The notes under the pieces were generated by a model that was not told the origin of the DNA, did no database searches, and was given only the letters and a program-made list of their open reading frames with translations. From Ignisphaera sp. (GTDB lineage Archaea; Thermoproteota; Thermoprotei_A; Sulfolobales; Ignisphaeraceae): a stretch of 64,000 bases of DNA. The stretch lies in assembly GCA_038889075.1 (NCBI GenBank), contig JAWAHS010000005.1, forward strand, positions 14,018 through 78,017, given 5' to 3'. A program made the translations under genes and the position numbers. Shown one piece after another: positions 1 through 10,452 of the stretch. Within the stretch, counting starts at the first letter, position 1; the number at the start of each line of letters is the position of its first letter.

Positions 1-1371
1 CGTGTTGAGGTTGTGCTGGACGACGCCACGGTTCTCAGCAAGCTCGGGGACGAGAGGTTCGACCTGATCGTTACGGACCCACCGTACAGAGACGACGTGC
101 CGTATGCGGAGCTCAGCGACTTCTACTATGTGTGGCTTAAGCGGGTTTTGTGTGATGTGAGAGATGTTTATGGGGTTTTGGTGAGGGTTCCTAGGTTTTA
201 TTCTGAGGCTTTCTTTGATGATTCTGGTGGTGAGGTTGAGGTTCAGTGGAGGAGGTTTGCTTCTAGGGAGGTTAGCGAGTCTGAGGGTAGGGCTAGCTTC
301 TTTGGTGAGGGGGTTGGGTCTTTTGATTACTTTAAGAGGCTTTTGTCTGAGTCGTTTAAGGTTATGGCGGATAGGCTTAACGATAGCGGTGTTGCTGTTA
401 CCTATTATGCTCATACTACTCCTGATGCTTGGGAGGCTCTTCTTGAGGCTGGCTGGCTTAACGCTGGTCTTAGGGTTACTGCTACCCATAGTTTTGTCAC
501 AGAGTCTGCTCAAAGGGTTACTGCTCGTGGTAAGATTAGTTTAGATACTTCACTTGTTGTTGTTTGGAGGAAAGGGGTTTCTAGAGAAGCTCTTGTTGAC
601 GAGGTTTATGCTAGAGCTGTTGAGGATTGTAGTGAGTTTGCTGAAAAAGCTATGAAGTTTGGCCGTAGTGGTGTTGATTTATTTGTCTCTGTTCTTGGCT
701 GTATTCTTTCTCAGTTTACCCAGTACAGGTCTCTGGTGGGTGTTGGAGATCTGAGGAAGAAGGGTCTTGGAGACCTTGTTAAAAGCTATATCTATCCCGC
801 TACAGCTGAGGCTATAGCCCGGTCTCTTGGTGTTAAAGCGGCTGAGAAAAGGCTTAGCCCCTACTCTATGTTTTACCTCTTAGCCAAGGTGCTTATAGAG
901 AGAAGGCCTAGGGCTAGCAGAAGATCCATGGATAGAAACACCGCTGTAATATTCTCTATAGGGACACGGGCAGAGCTATCAGCGCTAGAAGCCCTAGGGC
1001 TGATACAAAGGGATGGCGATAGGATTACTCTTCTAGAGCCTCTGCATGTGGAAGATCCTAGGCGTGCTGTAGAGGCTACGCTAATCGATAGAGGTTTAAC
1101 CCCCTCGGCGCCGAGCATTAGATCATCTATAGATGCACTCCATATCCTGGAGTACCTAGCCATATCTATGCCAAAGGATATGTTTGTAAAGCACTACTCG
1201 GAGCTTAGATCGAGAAGTCCTCAGCATGTTGAGGAGGCTATAGCGCTTGCTAAGATACTCTACAGCGTGCTCCCCGAGAATGATAGCGAGAGGAAAGCTG
1301 TAGATACTTTATTAAATTCCCTAGGTGAGGCTCCTCAGCGTGGTTTGCTTATCTATTCGAAAAAGGGGTGA
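1..1371 (+). CDS. DUF1156-type adenine-specific DNA methyltransferase, C-terminal part (truncated by the window edge)
   Basis: Motif IV 'IVTDPPY' followed by 'YAELSDFYYVWLKR' and 'YYAHT..AWEALL'; frame is open from base 1; directly upstream of a DUF499 ATPase. Confidence 0.88.
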   Translation, partial: RVEVVLDDATVLSKLGDERFDLIVTDPPYRDDVPYAELSDFYYVWLKRVLCDVRDVYGVLVRVPRFYSEAFFDDSGGEVEVQWRRFASREVSESEGRASFFGEGVGSFDYFKRLLSESFKVMADRLNDSGVAVTYYAHTTPDAWEALLEAGWLNAGLRVTATHSFVTESAQRVTARGKISLDTSLVVVWRKGVSREALVDEVYARAVEDCSEFAEKAMKFGRSGVDLFVSVLGCILSQFTQYRSLVGVGDLRKKGLGDLVKSYIYPATAEAIARSLGVKAAEKRLSPYSMFYLLAKVLIERRPRASRRSMDRNTAVIFSIGTRAELSALEALGLIQRDGDRITLLEPLHVEDPRRAVEATLIDRGLTPSAPSIRSSIDALHILEYLAISMPKDMFVKHYSELRSRSPQHVEEAIALAKILYSVLPENDSERKAVDTLLNSLGEAPQRGLLIYSKKG

Positions 1372-4300
1372 GGTGGGAGACGAAGATGGTTCTCCTCGGG
1401 AATAACAAGATCCGCAGCGATGTATTTGATGAGGGTTTAGATGAGAAGCTTGTTCCTAGCCTCGGAGGTGTGGTACTAGGTAGCGAGCCCGATATCTATA
1501 CCGACCCCAGCAAGTTCTTCTCTATTACTTTGGTAACAGAGCAGATAGTGGATATAATAGACAACATAGTCAACGTACTGACAGAGGGTAGAGGTAGGAA
1601 GATTGTTATGCTTAGCGCTCTCTACGGAGGTGGTAAGACGCATACGCTTATAGCTATACACCATGCGTTGAAAAACCCAAGTCTACTGACCAAAGCTGTT
1701 ACCGAGACCCCAGAGGTGGGAAAGAAAATCCGAGATATAGCCGCTAGAGCTTCAAGTATCGCTGGATCAGTCGATATCGTTGTTATAGATGGCTATATGC
1801 ATCAGCTAGCTCCACACCCAGTAGCACCGCTGAATATGGGTACTTATAGTGTTAAAACACTATGGGGCTATATAGCCCATTGTCTTGGTAGCTACAGCCT
1901 TATGAAAACATTAGATGAGCAGGTTGTGCCCCCTGGAGTGGATGTTATTGTAAAGCTATTCGAGAATAGACGCGTAGTTATATTAGTTGATGAGCTTGCT
2001 AGCTATATACAGGGTATATCATCTCAGGTGAACTATGTCAATGCATTGAAGAGTTTTATCGAGAGGCTAGCTAAAGCTATAGATATTGCGAAGAACGTTG
2101 TACTCATCATCTCTGTACCAGCTGCCGTAGGTAGCGGTGGTGAGATTGAGCGTGTAGAGATTACATATATGGGCATTAGGGACGTAGTTGAGGCTGTGGT
2201 TAAAAGCCTTAGCCGTGTAGCTGTAATGTATGTAGAGCCTGTGAGCCCCAGGAACATACCGTCATTACTAAGGGCAAGGCTTTTCGAGTATGTAGATGCA
2301 TCCAAAGCCTCGGAGATAAGGAAAGCTATACACAGTATCTATCAGGGGCATAGAGAGGTCTTCGACCATAGTTTAGCTGAAGCAGCTGTTCGAGAGATAC
2401 CCACTACATATCCATTCCACCCAGCTTACATAGGTATACTTGTAGATATGCTAGATAAGCACCCCAAGCTACAGAAGACCCGTGATCTACTAAAGATTAG
2501 CAGACGGATACTTAGATCCATTGTATCGAGTAGAGATAGCTATGAGCTGGTGATGCCTTGGCATATAAACCTGGTATTCGATGAAGGACTAGCATCTTAT
2601 CTACTACGAGGATTCGAAGAATTTAGATCCGTTATCATAGGTGATATACATGAAAAAACTAGAAACTATGAAAAAACATGGCTTGCACAAATAGCTGCAA
2701 ATACACTGCTTGTGAAGACTTACGTATACGGCGGTGGCTTGGTTCCTAAACCCGATGTCTTTCCAACACCTGAAGAGCTTGCCGTAATGGTCTACGAACC
2801 AAAGAGCTTTAGCGATAAAGGGTTGCTTCCAAAGGATATCATAGATGCTGTTGAATGGATAAAGCATAACCTTGTATACATTTTAGAAGATGAGAAAACC
2901 CGTAGACTATGGTTTACACGTTTTGTAACACCGATTAAGTATGTAGAGGATATCGCTAAAAACGTTCTAGATGTAGATGTTGTTAAGGAAATCGAGGTGT
3001 ACACTAAGAAGCTACTGACAGCATCTGTTCAGCAGATCGAGAGTAGAAAGAGAAGTACACCGGAGATCGGCAGGATATTCGATCGAGAGCTGTCAACGGC
3101 TTCCTATAGCTGTGATAAACTTGACTACGATGTTCCTAGATACATCCTATATGCATGTGTTAATGTTCCTCAAGACCCTAGTTCAAGGCAATCGCTGCTC
3201 GAGGAAATAGCGTATATAACTAAACACGGTGGTAAAAGGAGGTACGCTAATACAATATTTATAGTGTTTCCAAGTAGTAGAGAGAAGATCAAATTCGTTT
3301 TCGATCTTATGAAGAGACACATAGCCTGTAAAAAAGTTGAAGCCGAGAAACTAGTGGATGTGCTTGTGGGAGGTTACACTCGAGAAGAAAGGGATATAGT
3401 TAAAGGGGTTCTTGTAAATAAGTTGAAGAGGTACTGCGATGAAATTCTCAGCAACACACTATTAAATACTCTCTCCATGTTCGATGCAATTGCTTATCCG
3501 GTTTACACTGAAGGTAGAAACACAATCAAAGAGGTTAACTTAAGTGTGAGAGAAACAATAATTGAAGGTTCTGAACACACTCTACAAAGTGTTCAACCAA
3601 GGAAAATCCTTCTTGGCATGGATTTCGAAACACTCGACTTCTACCTCAAGAGCATAGGTATAGACTTATCTACAATTTCTACACCTAAGAGTGTTAAAGA
3701 TATTATAGAGTACTTCTACTCGAACTCAAGGCTACCAGCTGTAAAAGAAGACGATGTTAAACGGGCTCTCGTAGATGGTGTAGATAATCTAAGCATAGGT
3801 TTGCTGTGTAGAGATCGCCTGTACTTTAAATCTATTGAGATTTGCAGTAATGACAAAGAATGCAGAGGAATTAATATGGCTAAAGGCGAAGCTCCAGCTA
3901 CTGTAACAGATGATTGTCAAGTTCTATCTTGGAGGGATGCTCTCGTGGAGCAGCTTAAGAACCTTAGGGGTAGAGTAGAGGGGCTAAAGGTGATAGAGTA
4001 TATTGTTAATTACGGTGGCGAGCTGTATCGTGTAGAAGACGTTGTTGCAGATATCGGTAAATTCGATATAGAAGTGTTAAAGGCTGCTCCACTACTTAAA
4101 AGAGAACGTATTGCTGCCGTAAAGCTGTACCCTGAGAAGAAGGAGCTTAGAATTAGAGCTGGTGAGGATATCGAGCTAAGGTTTACAGTTGAAAGGCTAG
4201 GAGTTTTCGTAGGTGAAATTATTATTCAGAGTAGCCTAGGCGAAGTAACACCAAGCAAAATTTCATTAAATAATGATGTACCTAGAAACGAATTTGTTTG

Positions 4301-4787
4301 GAGATATAGAGCACCGGCAACAGGTGGAGTGCACCAAGATGTTGTTCGTCTACTTCTACCAGATGGAGCTGAGGTTGCTAGATCTGAAGTAACAGTATAT
4401 GTTGCTGGCATCGAGAATTGCGTTAAGGGATTGCCAAAGATTCGAGATAAGAAAGTGAAAGAGATGAGGGTTGAGATTAATAAGCTTAACCTAAAGCCTC
4501 TACAGATAATTAGCACAAGGTTTAGAGGTTTTAATGTAAGTGGTAAACTGAAGTTAACCCTTCAAAGAGATAGTATGTCGTCGAGTATATTTCTAGAATT
4601 CAACGAAATGCCACCCGATGATGTGTATAGAATCGTAAGTAACATCATTTCAATACTATCGCTAGGCAAGGTAGATATATCCATCGAGTTAAACCTTAGA
4701 GCAGCTACACCAAAGCCGCTGCCGAGTTTACCTGAAGGCGAATTCAATGAATTGAGTCAGTATGTAGCTGAGGCATGTCTTGACTAG
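1368..4787 (+). CDS. DUF499-family AAA+ ATPase of a restriction-like defence system
   Basis: Walker A 'LYGGGKTH', Walker B 'ILVDE', 'TLWGYIA', 'YPFHP', 'QKTRDLL'; 4-nt overlap with the methylase stop. Confidence 0.88.
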   Translation: MRWETKMVLLGNNKIRSDVFDEGLDEKLVPSLGGVVLGSEPDIYTDPSKFFSITLVTEQIVDIIDNIVNVLTEGRGRKIVMLSALYGGGKTHTLIAIHHALKNPSLLTKAVTETPEVGKKIRDIAARASSIAGSVDIVVIDGYMHQLAPHPVAPLNMGTYSVKTLWGYIAHCLGSYSLMKTLDEQVVPPGVDVIVKLFENRRVVILVDELASYIQGISSQVNYVNALKSFIERLAKAIDIAKNVVLIISVPAAVGSGGEIERVEITYMGIRDVVEAVVKSLSRVAVMYVEPVSPRNIPSLLRARLFEYVDASKASEIRKAIHSIYQGHREVFDHSLAEAAVREIPTTYPFHPAYIGILVDMLDKHPKLQKTRDLLKISRRILRSIVSSRDSYELVMPWHINLVFDEGLASYLLRGFEEFRSVIIGDIHEKTRNYEKTWLAQIAANTLLVKTYVYGGGLVPKPDVFPTPEELAVMVYEPKSFSDKGLLPKDIIDAVEWIKHNLVYILEDEKTRRLWFTRFVTPIKYVEDIAKNVLDVDVVKEIEVYTKKLLTASVQQIESRKRSTPEIGRIFDRELSTASYSCDKLDYDVPRYILYACVNVPQDPSSRQSLLEEIAYITKHGGKRRYANTIFIVFPSSREKIKFVFDLMKRHIACKKVEAEKLVDVLVGGYTREERDIVKGVLVNKLKRYCDEILSNTLLNTLSMFDAIAYPVYTEGRNTIKEVNLSVRETIIEGSEHTLQSVQPRKILLGMDFETLDFYLKSIGIDLSTISTPKSVKDIIEYFYSNSRLPAVKEDDVKRALVDGVDNLSIGLLCRDRLYFKSIEICSNDKECRGINMAKGEAPATVTDDCQVLSWRDALVEQLKNLRGRVEGLKVIEYIVNYGGELYRVEDVVADIGKFDIEVLKAAPLLKRERIAAVKLYPEKKELRIRAGEDIELRFTVERLGVFVGEIIIQSSLGEVTPSKISLNNDVPRNEFVWRYRAPATGGVHQDVVRLLLPDGAEVARSEVTVYVAGIENCVKGLPKIRDKKVKEMRVEINKLNLKPLQIISTRFRGFNVSGKLKLTLQRDSMSSSIFLEFNEMPPDDVYRIVSNIISILSLGKVDISIELNLRAATPKPLPSLPEGEFNELSQYVAEACLD

Positions 4788-4864
4788 ATGAACCGTATTA
4801 TCTACCAAGATCATATAGATTAAATATCATTTGATAACCTGGTGAGAAATAGGGGCTTTAGAGA

Positions 4865-5305
4865 ATGGGTAGAGAATCCCTAATTCAGCGCTACATAGTT
4901 TTTAGTTCAAAACGCATAGGTAAGAAGATTCGCCGAGGCATAGATGTCTCCTATGTATATCTATCAGAGCCGGTAAAGGGTGTAGACCCAGTATTTGAGG
5001 CTAGGGTTGGTAGAGACTATGTTATAGCCTTCCTTAATAGTGTAAATACCCCCTACAGGTTGATTAACAATAGAGTAGCCGTTTTAGAGAGCGAGGACCC
5101 CGATACCTATCTACGTCGACTTGTGGTATACCTAGGGGTTAGACAGCATATGAAGAATTCAGCAAATCTTATAGAAATCGTTCAAAATCTTAGTGAAATT
5201 GAGTCTCTGTTTTGGTACTCAAGGTTTTTAGAAGCATACGATAGAATAGGGTACTGGGGTGTATATAGAGTTGCAAAAGCCTTTAGACTACTCTACAGGG
5301 TATAG
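4865..5305 (+). CDS. small accessory protein of the DUF499 system (DUF3780/DUF7680-like role, inferred)
   Basis: 146 aa between ATPase and helicase; C-terminal 'LSEIESLFWYSRF...RVAKAFRLLY' resembles the small partners of DUF499 systems. Confidence 0.6.
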   Translation: MGRESLIQRYIVFSSKRIGKKIRRGIDVSYVYLSEPVKGVDPVFEARVGRDYVIAFLNSVNTPYRLINNRVAVLESEDPDTYLRRLVVYLGVRQHMKNSANLIEIVQNLSEIESLFWYSRFLEAYDRIGYWGVYRVAKAFRLLYRV

Positions 5306-8300
5306 CAGGCCACCTCTTGATCTAGCTGGGTTAAGCTTAGTTAAATCTATTGTCAACGGTTTTAAGTACCATCCATATATATTCACACTGCGTCAGTATA
5401 CACATGGAGAGCCAGTCTACCCTTATGCTCATCAGCTAGAGCTCTTGATATACCTTTTTCCGCGAAAACCTATTCGAGTTTTAATAGGAGATGAAATCGG
5501 TCTCGGTAAAACAATAGAGGCTATAATGATTATTAAGTACCTACGTGAAGTAGGGTTAGCTAAAAGAATTTTAATCCTTGTGCCAAGGGTTCTTGTGCAT
5601 CAGTGGATAAGTGAATTAAAGAGATTCGGTTTTCAGATTACCGAGATATTTCAGATAGAGCGTGAAACAATACAGAATATTCTAGCTAAAGGTTTTCCCG
5701 AAGGCGTTTATGCGGCATCGGTAGATCTTGTGAAAAGGAAAGAATACAAAGATATTATCCTAAAGGTAGGCTGGGATGCTGTTATCGTTGATGAAGCCCA
5801 TAGAGTCGGAAGGGTAGGTGATCGCGAGACCCAGCGATTTGAATTAGTATCGAGTTTTGCAAAGAACGCAGGTATAAACCTTGTACTATTGTCTGCAACA
5901 CCCCATAGAGGGAAACCTGATGACTATATCGAGAGACTACGTCTTGTAGATCCCTATCTTTTTGCTAGTGTTGGCGAGCTTGATAGCGAGAACTTCTATA
6001 GATCTATCAACAATGCCTTGGTTTTTAGGCGAACAAAGCTAGATGTTAATAACGTATATGAGAAAAGAACCATTTTTACAAACTGTGTATTCAAAGCGCG
6101 TGTAACAAAAGCTTCGGATATCGAGGTTAAGTTCTATAGCGAAGTTTGCGAGTTTCTACGAAGTGTACTCACTAGGTACTACAACATTGTAGGAGAGAAA
6201 CCATCAGCTCTAGGTTTGCTACTTGTCTTAATAGCTAAACGAGCGTCGTCAAGTCCAAAAGCAGCTCTTATTACATTGAATAGAATTATACGGAGAAGAG
6301 CTGAGATTCTGAAAACCGGTGAAGTAGCTATTGAAGATATATCTAAGGATCTCGATCGCGAAGTTGATGAATTTGTTGAGTCCATTCTCGGTTCTAAGGG
6401 TTTCGAAGAATACGACGAGATCTTAGGGTCTAGGACCACGGATATAGATGAGATTGTGAACAGCTTTTCGGAAAAATATGCTATACTACTAGATGAGCAA
6501 GATATAAAGACCCTTACCGAGTTGCACAGATATGCTAAACGTATTATCGGAGACTACGACTCGAGATTAGCGAGCATTGTAGATATAGTTCAAACACATT
6601 TAGACAAGGGAGATACAGTTGTTATATTTACGGAGTTCAGAGATACAGCTGAATACATCTTCGATGAACTTAAGAAAAGATTATCCATAAACTTAGGTGC
6701 TAAGGTAGCCCTCGTTACATCGGATAGAATTGAACCTCCAGAGGAGTTAGCGAAGGGTTTAGATAAGCGGAAGATAACGATTGAGGATGTAAAGGAGTGG
6801 TTAGCGAAGGGCTACGTAAAAGTTTTGGTATCTACAGATGTAGCTTCGGAAGGTCTAAATCTTCAGCATGCAAATATTGTTATACACTACGAGCCTCCGT
6901 GGAGTCCGATAAAAATTGTTCAGCGTATTGGTAGAGTGTGGAGACTGGGGCAGAGGAAGGATGTTGTAAGCTATACTGTTTCACTACCTGTTGAAAGCGA
7001 TTTGAAAGCTTTTGAAGTACTCTACGCTAAGCTCTTATCGTGGTATGTGTCCGGTGTGGAGCAGAGGGTACCTATAGGTGAAGAACTTGAGATAGATATG
7101 ATGGGAGCTAGGGCTGGAGGAGGCGATGTTGATTTATTGGTGCTAGTTCCTTCAGCTAGCGATAGAGGTGAGAAGATCTATTTCAGCGAATATAGAGCAT
7201 GGCTAGAGTTTATACATAGAGGAGGAGTAGGTCTAGAGGAGTACGTTAGAAAGATCTTATCTATGCTCCAAACGTTGAAGAGATACGCTGAACGTATTAA
7301 ACTTGAGGAAGGTGAAAAAGAGATTAGAGTCCGTAAAATCCTAGACGATATTCTAGGGGGACTCTATGGAAGAGATGCCGAAGATTCTCTGCGTAACATT
7401 CTGGTAGCTGCAGCAAAGCTCCAAGGACTAAGCGTAGAGGATCGTAGAGATAAGATGTTTATAGACTCTGGCAGGTACGTTGTTGCAAAGAATAACATAT
7501 CCGATGTTTACAAAGCCTTAGAGAGTATTATTCAAGAAGTCTCCGAACCCCCGGATAATCTAGCATTACTTGTACTCGACAAGGGTATAGACATCGATGA
7601 ACTACTTCTATACAAAGTCGAGCTTGAAATTGATGGTAAGCCCTACTACAGCGAAGTAGTTGGGGTAAGAAGGAAAGGGGCCGAAATTGGGGAGGTTCGC
7701 GGTACTCATCTTCTACATCTCCTAACACGGATCTTAGATAGTGATAAAATTATTGGTATTGCCGACGGCGTTCAAGACGATGACGTGGATATCCTAAAGA
7801 ATAAGATTTCTAGTAAGTTTAAAGAGATTATGAGAAGAACCTTAAATCCATTTCTTAACTATGTAAGAAGCGTTGAAGGTAGTTTCAGTTATCCGCATAG
7901 CGCATGGAGTCCAAGGGATATAGCTAAAGATGTTAGAGAACCTAGAGTGGTATACATAGGAAAGGTTTTGTTCTTAAAGACGCACGAAGCTTACGATGCT
8001 CCACCGCCTATAGCTGTAGAAGAGGTTGAGAAAAAGGCTATGGAGGTGGTCATGGACTATGAGCGTAGATGTGGCCGTATACCGGTGGATGTGAGTAGGT
8101 TTGAGCATTACGATATACAGAGCTCTGATCCTGTTAGTGGTGAGGCTAGGTTTATAGAGGTTAAAGGTCGTAGTGATAATCGTATTCAGGTAGAGCTTAC
8201 TGAGGTAGAGTTTGAATATGCTAAGAAACTAGGGGAAAGCTACTGGCTGTACATAGTCTACAATATATCTTCTAAACCTAGGCTTCTAATTATCAGGAAT

Positions 8301-8390
8301 CCTGCTAAAAACATTAGATGGGCTGAGGTAGGTGTGAAGAGGTATAGGCTCATAGGGGTTGAGAACCACGCCTATACAGAAGGTAGTTGA
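5259..8390 (+). CDS. SNF2-family helicase with C-terminal DUF3883-type PD-(D/E)XK nuclease
   Basis: 'DEIGLGKT', 'VDEAH', 'LSATPH', 'SEGLNLQ', 'QRIGRVWRLGQ'; C-terminal 'EKKAME...YE...YDIQS...FIEVKG...LTEVE'. Confidence 0.92.
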   Translation: MYIELQKPLDYSTGYSRPPLDLAGLSLVKSIVNGFKYHPYIFTLRQYTHGEPVYPYAHQLELLIYLFPRKPIRVLIGDEIGLGKTIEAIMIIKYLREVGLAKRILILVPRVLVHQWISELKRFGFQITEIFQIERETIQNILAKGFPEGVYAASVDLVKRKEYKDIILKVGWDAVIVDEAHRVGRVGDRETQRFELVSSFAKNAGINLVLLSATPHRGKPDDYIERLRLVDPYLFASVGELDSENFYRSINNALVFRRTKLDVNNVYEKRTIFTNCVFKARVTKASDIEVKFYSEVCEFLRSVLTRYYNIVGEKPSALGLLLVLIAKRASSSPKAALITLNRIIRRRAEILKTGEVAIEDISKDLDREVDEFVESILGSKGFEEYDEILGSRTTDIDEIVNSFSEKYAILLDEQDIKTLTELHRYAKRIIGDYDSRLASIVDIVQTHLDKGDTVVIFTEFRDTAEYIFDELKKRLSINLGAKVALVTSDRIEPPEELAKGLDKRKITIEDVKEWLAKGYVKVLVSTDVASEGLNLQHANIVIHYEPPWSPIKIVQRIGRVWRLGQRKDVVSYTVSLPVESDLKAFEVLYAKLLSWYVSGVEQRVPIGEELEIDMMGARAGGGDVDLLVLVPSASDRGEKIYFSEYRAWLEFIHRGGVGLEEYVRKILSMLQTLKRYAERIKLEEGEKEIRVRKILDDILGGLYGRDAEDSLRNILVAAAKLQGLSVEDRRDKMFIDSGRYVVAKNNISDVYKALESIIQEVSEPPDNLALLVLDKGIDIDELLLYKVELEIDGKPYYSEVVGVRRKGAEIGEVRGTHLLHLLTRILDSDKIIGIADGVQDDDVDILKNKISSKFKEIMRRTLNPFLNYVRSVEGSFSYPHSAWSPRDIAKDVREPRVVYIGKVLFLKTHEAYDAPPPIAVEEVEKKAMEVVMDYERRCGRIPVDVSRFEHYDIQSSDPVSGEARFIEVKGRSDNRIQVELTEVEFEYAKKLGESYWLYIVYNISSKPRLLIIRNPAKNIRWAEVGVKRYRLIGVENHAYTEGS

Positions 8391-9663
8391 GTACAACAAC
8401 ACTAGAATTGAGATACACGGTGGTTGGAGGGAAGTTGGTGGGAACTGCATAGTTGTTAGAGATGGCGGTAGGAAAATTGTATTTGATAATGGTATCAGGT
8501 TTAAGGAGCTTAGACGTTTCTATAGCGGTAGAGTCGAACCTCTAGGTGTGGCTGAGCTTAGGGATCTAGGCATAATCCCTGGTCCAGAGGTATACGATAA
8601 AGCTGAAGCTCTGTATATATCCCATGCACATATGGATCACATAGGTCTTCTATCCGCTGTGCCCCTGGATCTAGAGGTGGTTCTACCTGATATGCAGATA
8701 GCCGAGGAAACGTTGTTCTCTTGGTATAGAGGCTCTAGAACTTGGTTAGCATATCTACTACCAACATACCGTACTAAAATTATAAATGCTAGAAATCTAT
8801 CCGAAGATAACCACGGAGTTATAGCTATACCTGTATCGCATAGTGCTTACCCTGCAAACTCTTTTCTATACCTAGGTAAAAACCTAACGCTTTTCTACAG
8901 CGGAGATCTTAGACTTGAACCTCTAGCTCTTGCCAATGTTCAGGACCTTGGGGAAGTGCTTAAGAAGCTCGGCATCGATAGCGTTGATGTTGCATTAATC
9001 GAGGGTACAAACTTTAGTTTAGAGCTAGAGCATTTTCCTGTAACACCTCAGCTTTTCCGAGAATCTCTAACATATGCTCTATCGATATACGACTTAGTAG
9101 CTATATCGTTAGATCCTCTAGATCTAGAGGCTCTTCTATTTATACTAAGCTCTGCTTCTATGTTTGGTAGGTATGTAGCTATCTCTTCAAAGCGTTTACT
9201 ATGGGCTTTAGACTACCTACGAGAATCCCTTGGCTACAACCTACAGAATGTCTATGTAGCTCTAGAGGTAGGCTCAACCCCGAGAACACCTGTAGATACC
9301 GTTGAGCTAGCTGAGGTGATCAACCAAGGAAAGGACTACATCCTTGTGGTAGAACCTGTAGCATTCCTAGAGATCCTCAGAAAACTTAGGCTATGGATTA
9401 GAGAACTCGAATTTACAAACTCAGCGGTTATATTAATGGATCCAGAGCCTAGGGAATCAATAAAAGAAGTTGAAGAAAACACCATAGCTAGATGGCTAAG
9501 AACGCTTGGATTTGAGATATACAGGCTTAGAGTATCAGGGCACTACCTACCACATCAGCTAAGAGAATTGATAGATATACTTAAACCAAAAACATTTATA
9601 CCCATACACACAGAAAATCCGTTGCCTATGGAGACAGTATACAAAAGAGCAATGAGATCGTAG
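8359..9663 (+). CDS. metallo-beta-lactamase fold / beta-CASP (RNase J-like) hydrolase
   Basis: 'GGWREVGGNC', HxHxDH 'SHAHMDH', 'VSHS', 'YSGD', 'EGT', 'SGH', 'PIHTE'; overlaps the helicase 3' end. Confidence 0.85.
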   Translation: MRTTPIQKVVEYNNTRIEIHGGWREVGGNCIVVRDGGRKIVFDNGIRFKELRRFYSGRVEPLGVAELRDLGIIPGPEVYDKAEALYISHAHMDHIGLLSAVPLDLEVVLPDMQIAEETLFSWYRGSRTWLAYLLPTYRTKIINARNLSEDNHGVIAIPVSHSAYPANSFLYLGKNLTLFYSGDLRLEPLALANVQDLGEVLKKLGIDSVDVALIEGTNFSLELEHFPVTPQLFRESLTYALSIYDLVAISLDPLDLEALLFILSSASMFGRYVAISSKRLLWALDYLRESLGYNLQNVYVALEVGSTPRTPVDTVELAEVINQGKDYILVVEPVAFLEILRKLRLWIRELEFTNSAVILMDPEPRESIKEVEENTIARWLRTLGFEIYRLRVSGHYLPHQLRELIDILKPKTFIPIHTENPLPMETVYKRAMRS

Positions 9664-10208
9664 ATATAAGTGTTTTAGGTTTAAGGATTGAGTATGATTA
9701 AGTTTTCGAAGATCCATCTCTATGCTACAGTGCTTTTATTGTTTTTAATAGTAGACTAGGAATTCCTTTTCTTCAGCTTATTACCAGTTTATTACTATAA
9801 TTTTTAGCTACGTTATAGTACTAGTCAGCATATAACCCTACAATATATTTTTAAACCTTGTCGATTTCTCTAACTCCTTCTTTAGTTTACTTCGCTTCTC
9901 AACCTCTTGAATAAATAGTTTGTGATATTAAAATAGTTTGGAGATCTACTCCCAAGGGAAGCTAAATAAAATAGCTTTGAAGATCCCCAGAAATCGGTTA
10001 ACTACTTAAGGTAGTAATTTAGGATGTCTTCAGCAGTTTTCTAGAATAATTAAGATAACGCTAATCGCACATATACTAAGACCTACCGACTTTAAAAGAT
10101 CTCGATTGAGGTTCTGTTTAAAGTTTCTATATTTGATGCATTGAATTAATTTATTGAGTGGTTGCGGTACTAAAATAGTTGTAGCAATTAAGACATATTC
10201 AGGAGGTG

Positions 10209-10370
10209 ATGAGATGGTGTTTCCTCGTAGGGATAGGCTCTGTACAGATGCTGGTTGCATCAATTATAGGTATTTTCCTGTTGATGTTTGGAACAATTGC
10301 TATAAACTTTATACTTGGCTTTATGTGGAGCCTTCGGAAGGTGAACAGCAACCTCAATCTAGTTAAATGA
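10209..10370 (+). CDS. possible 53-aa membrane peptide
   Basis: GGAGGTG immediately before ATG; hydrophobic translation MRWCFLVGIGSVQMLVASIIGIFLLMFGTIAINFILGFMWSLRK... Confidence 0.3.
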   Translation: MRWCFLVGIGSVQMLVASIIGIFLLMFGTIAINFILGFMWSLRKVNSNLNLVK

Positions 10371-10452
10371 TTCAAGGTTTTTACATCAACATATTGATGT
10401 GGGTGTTATCTAGCTTGGTTTATGTGGAGCAAGTTCTACTCTATAACTTTAT

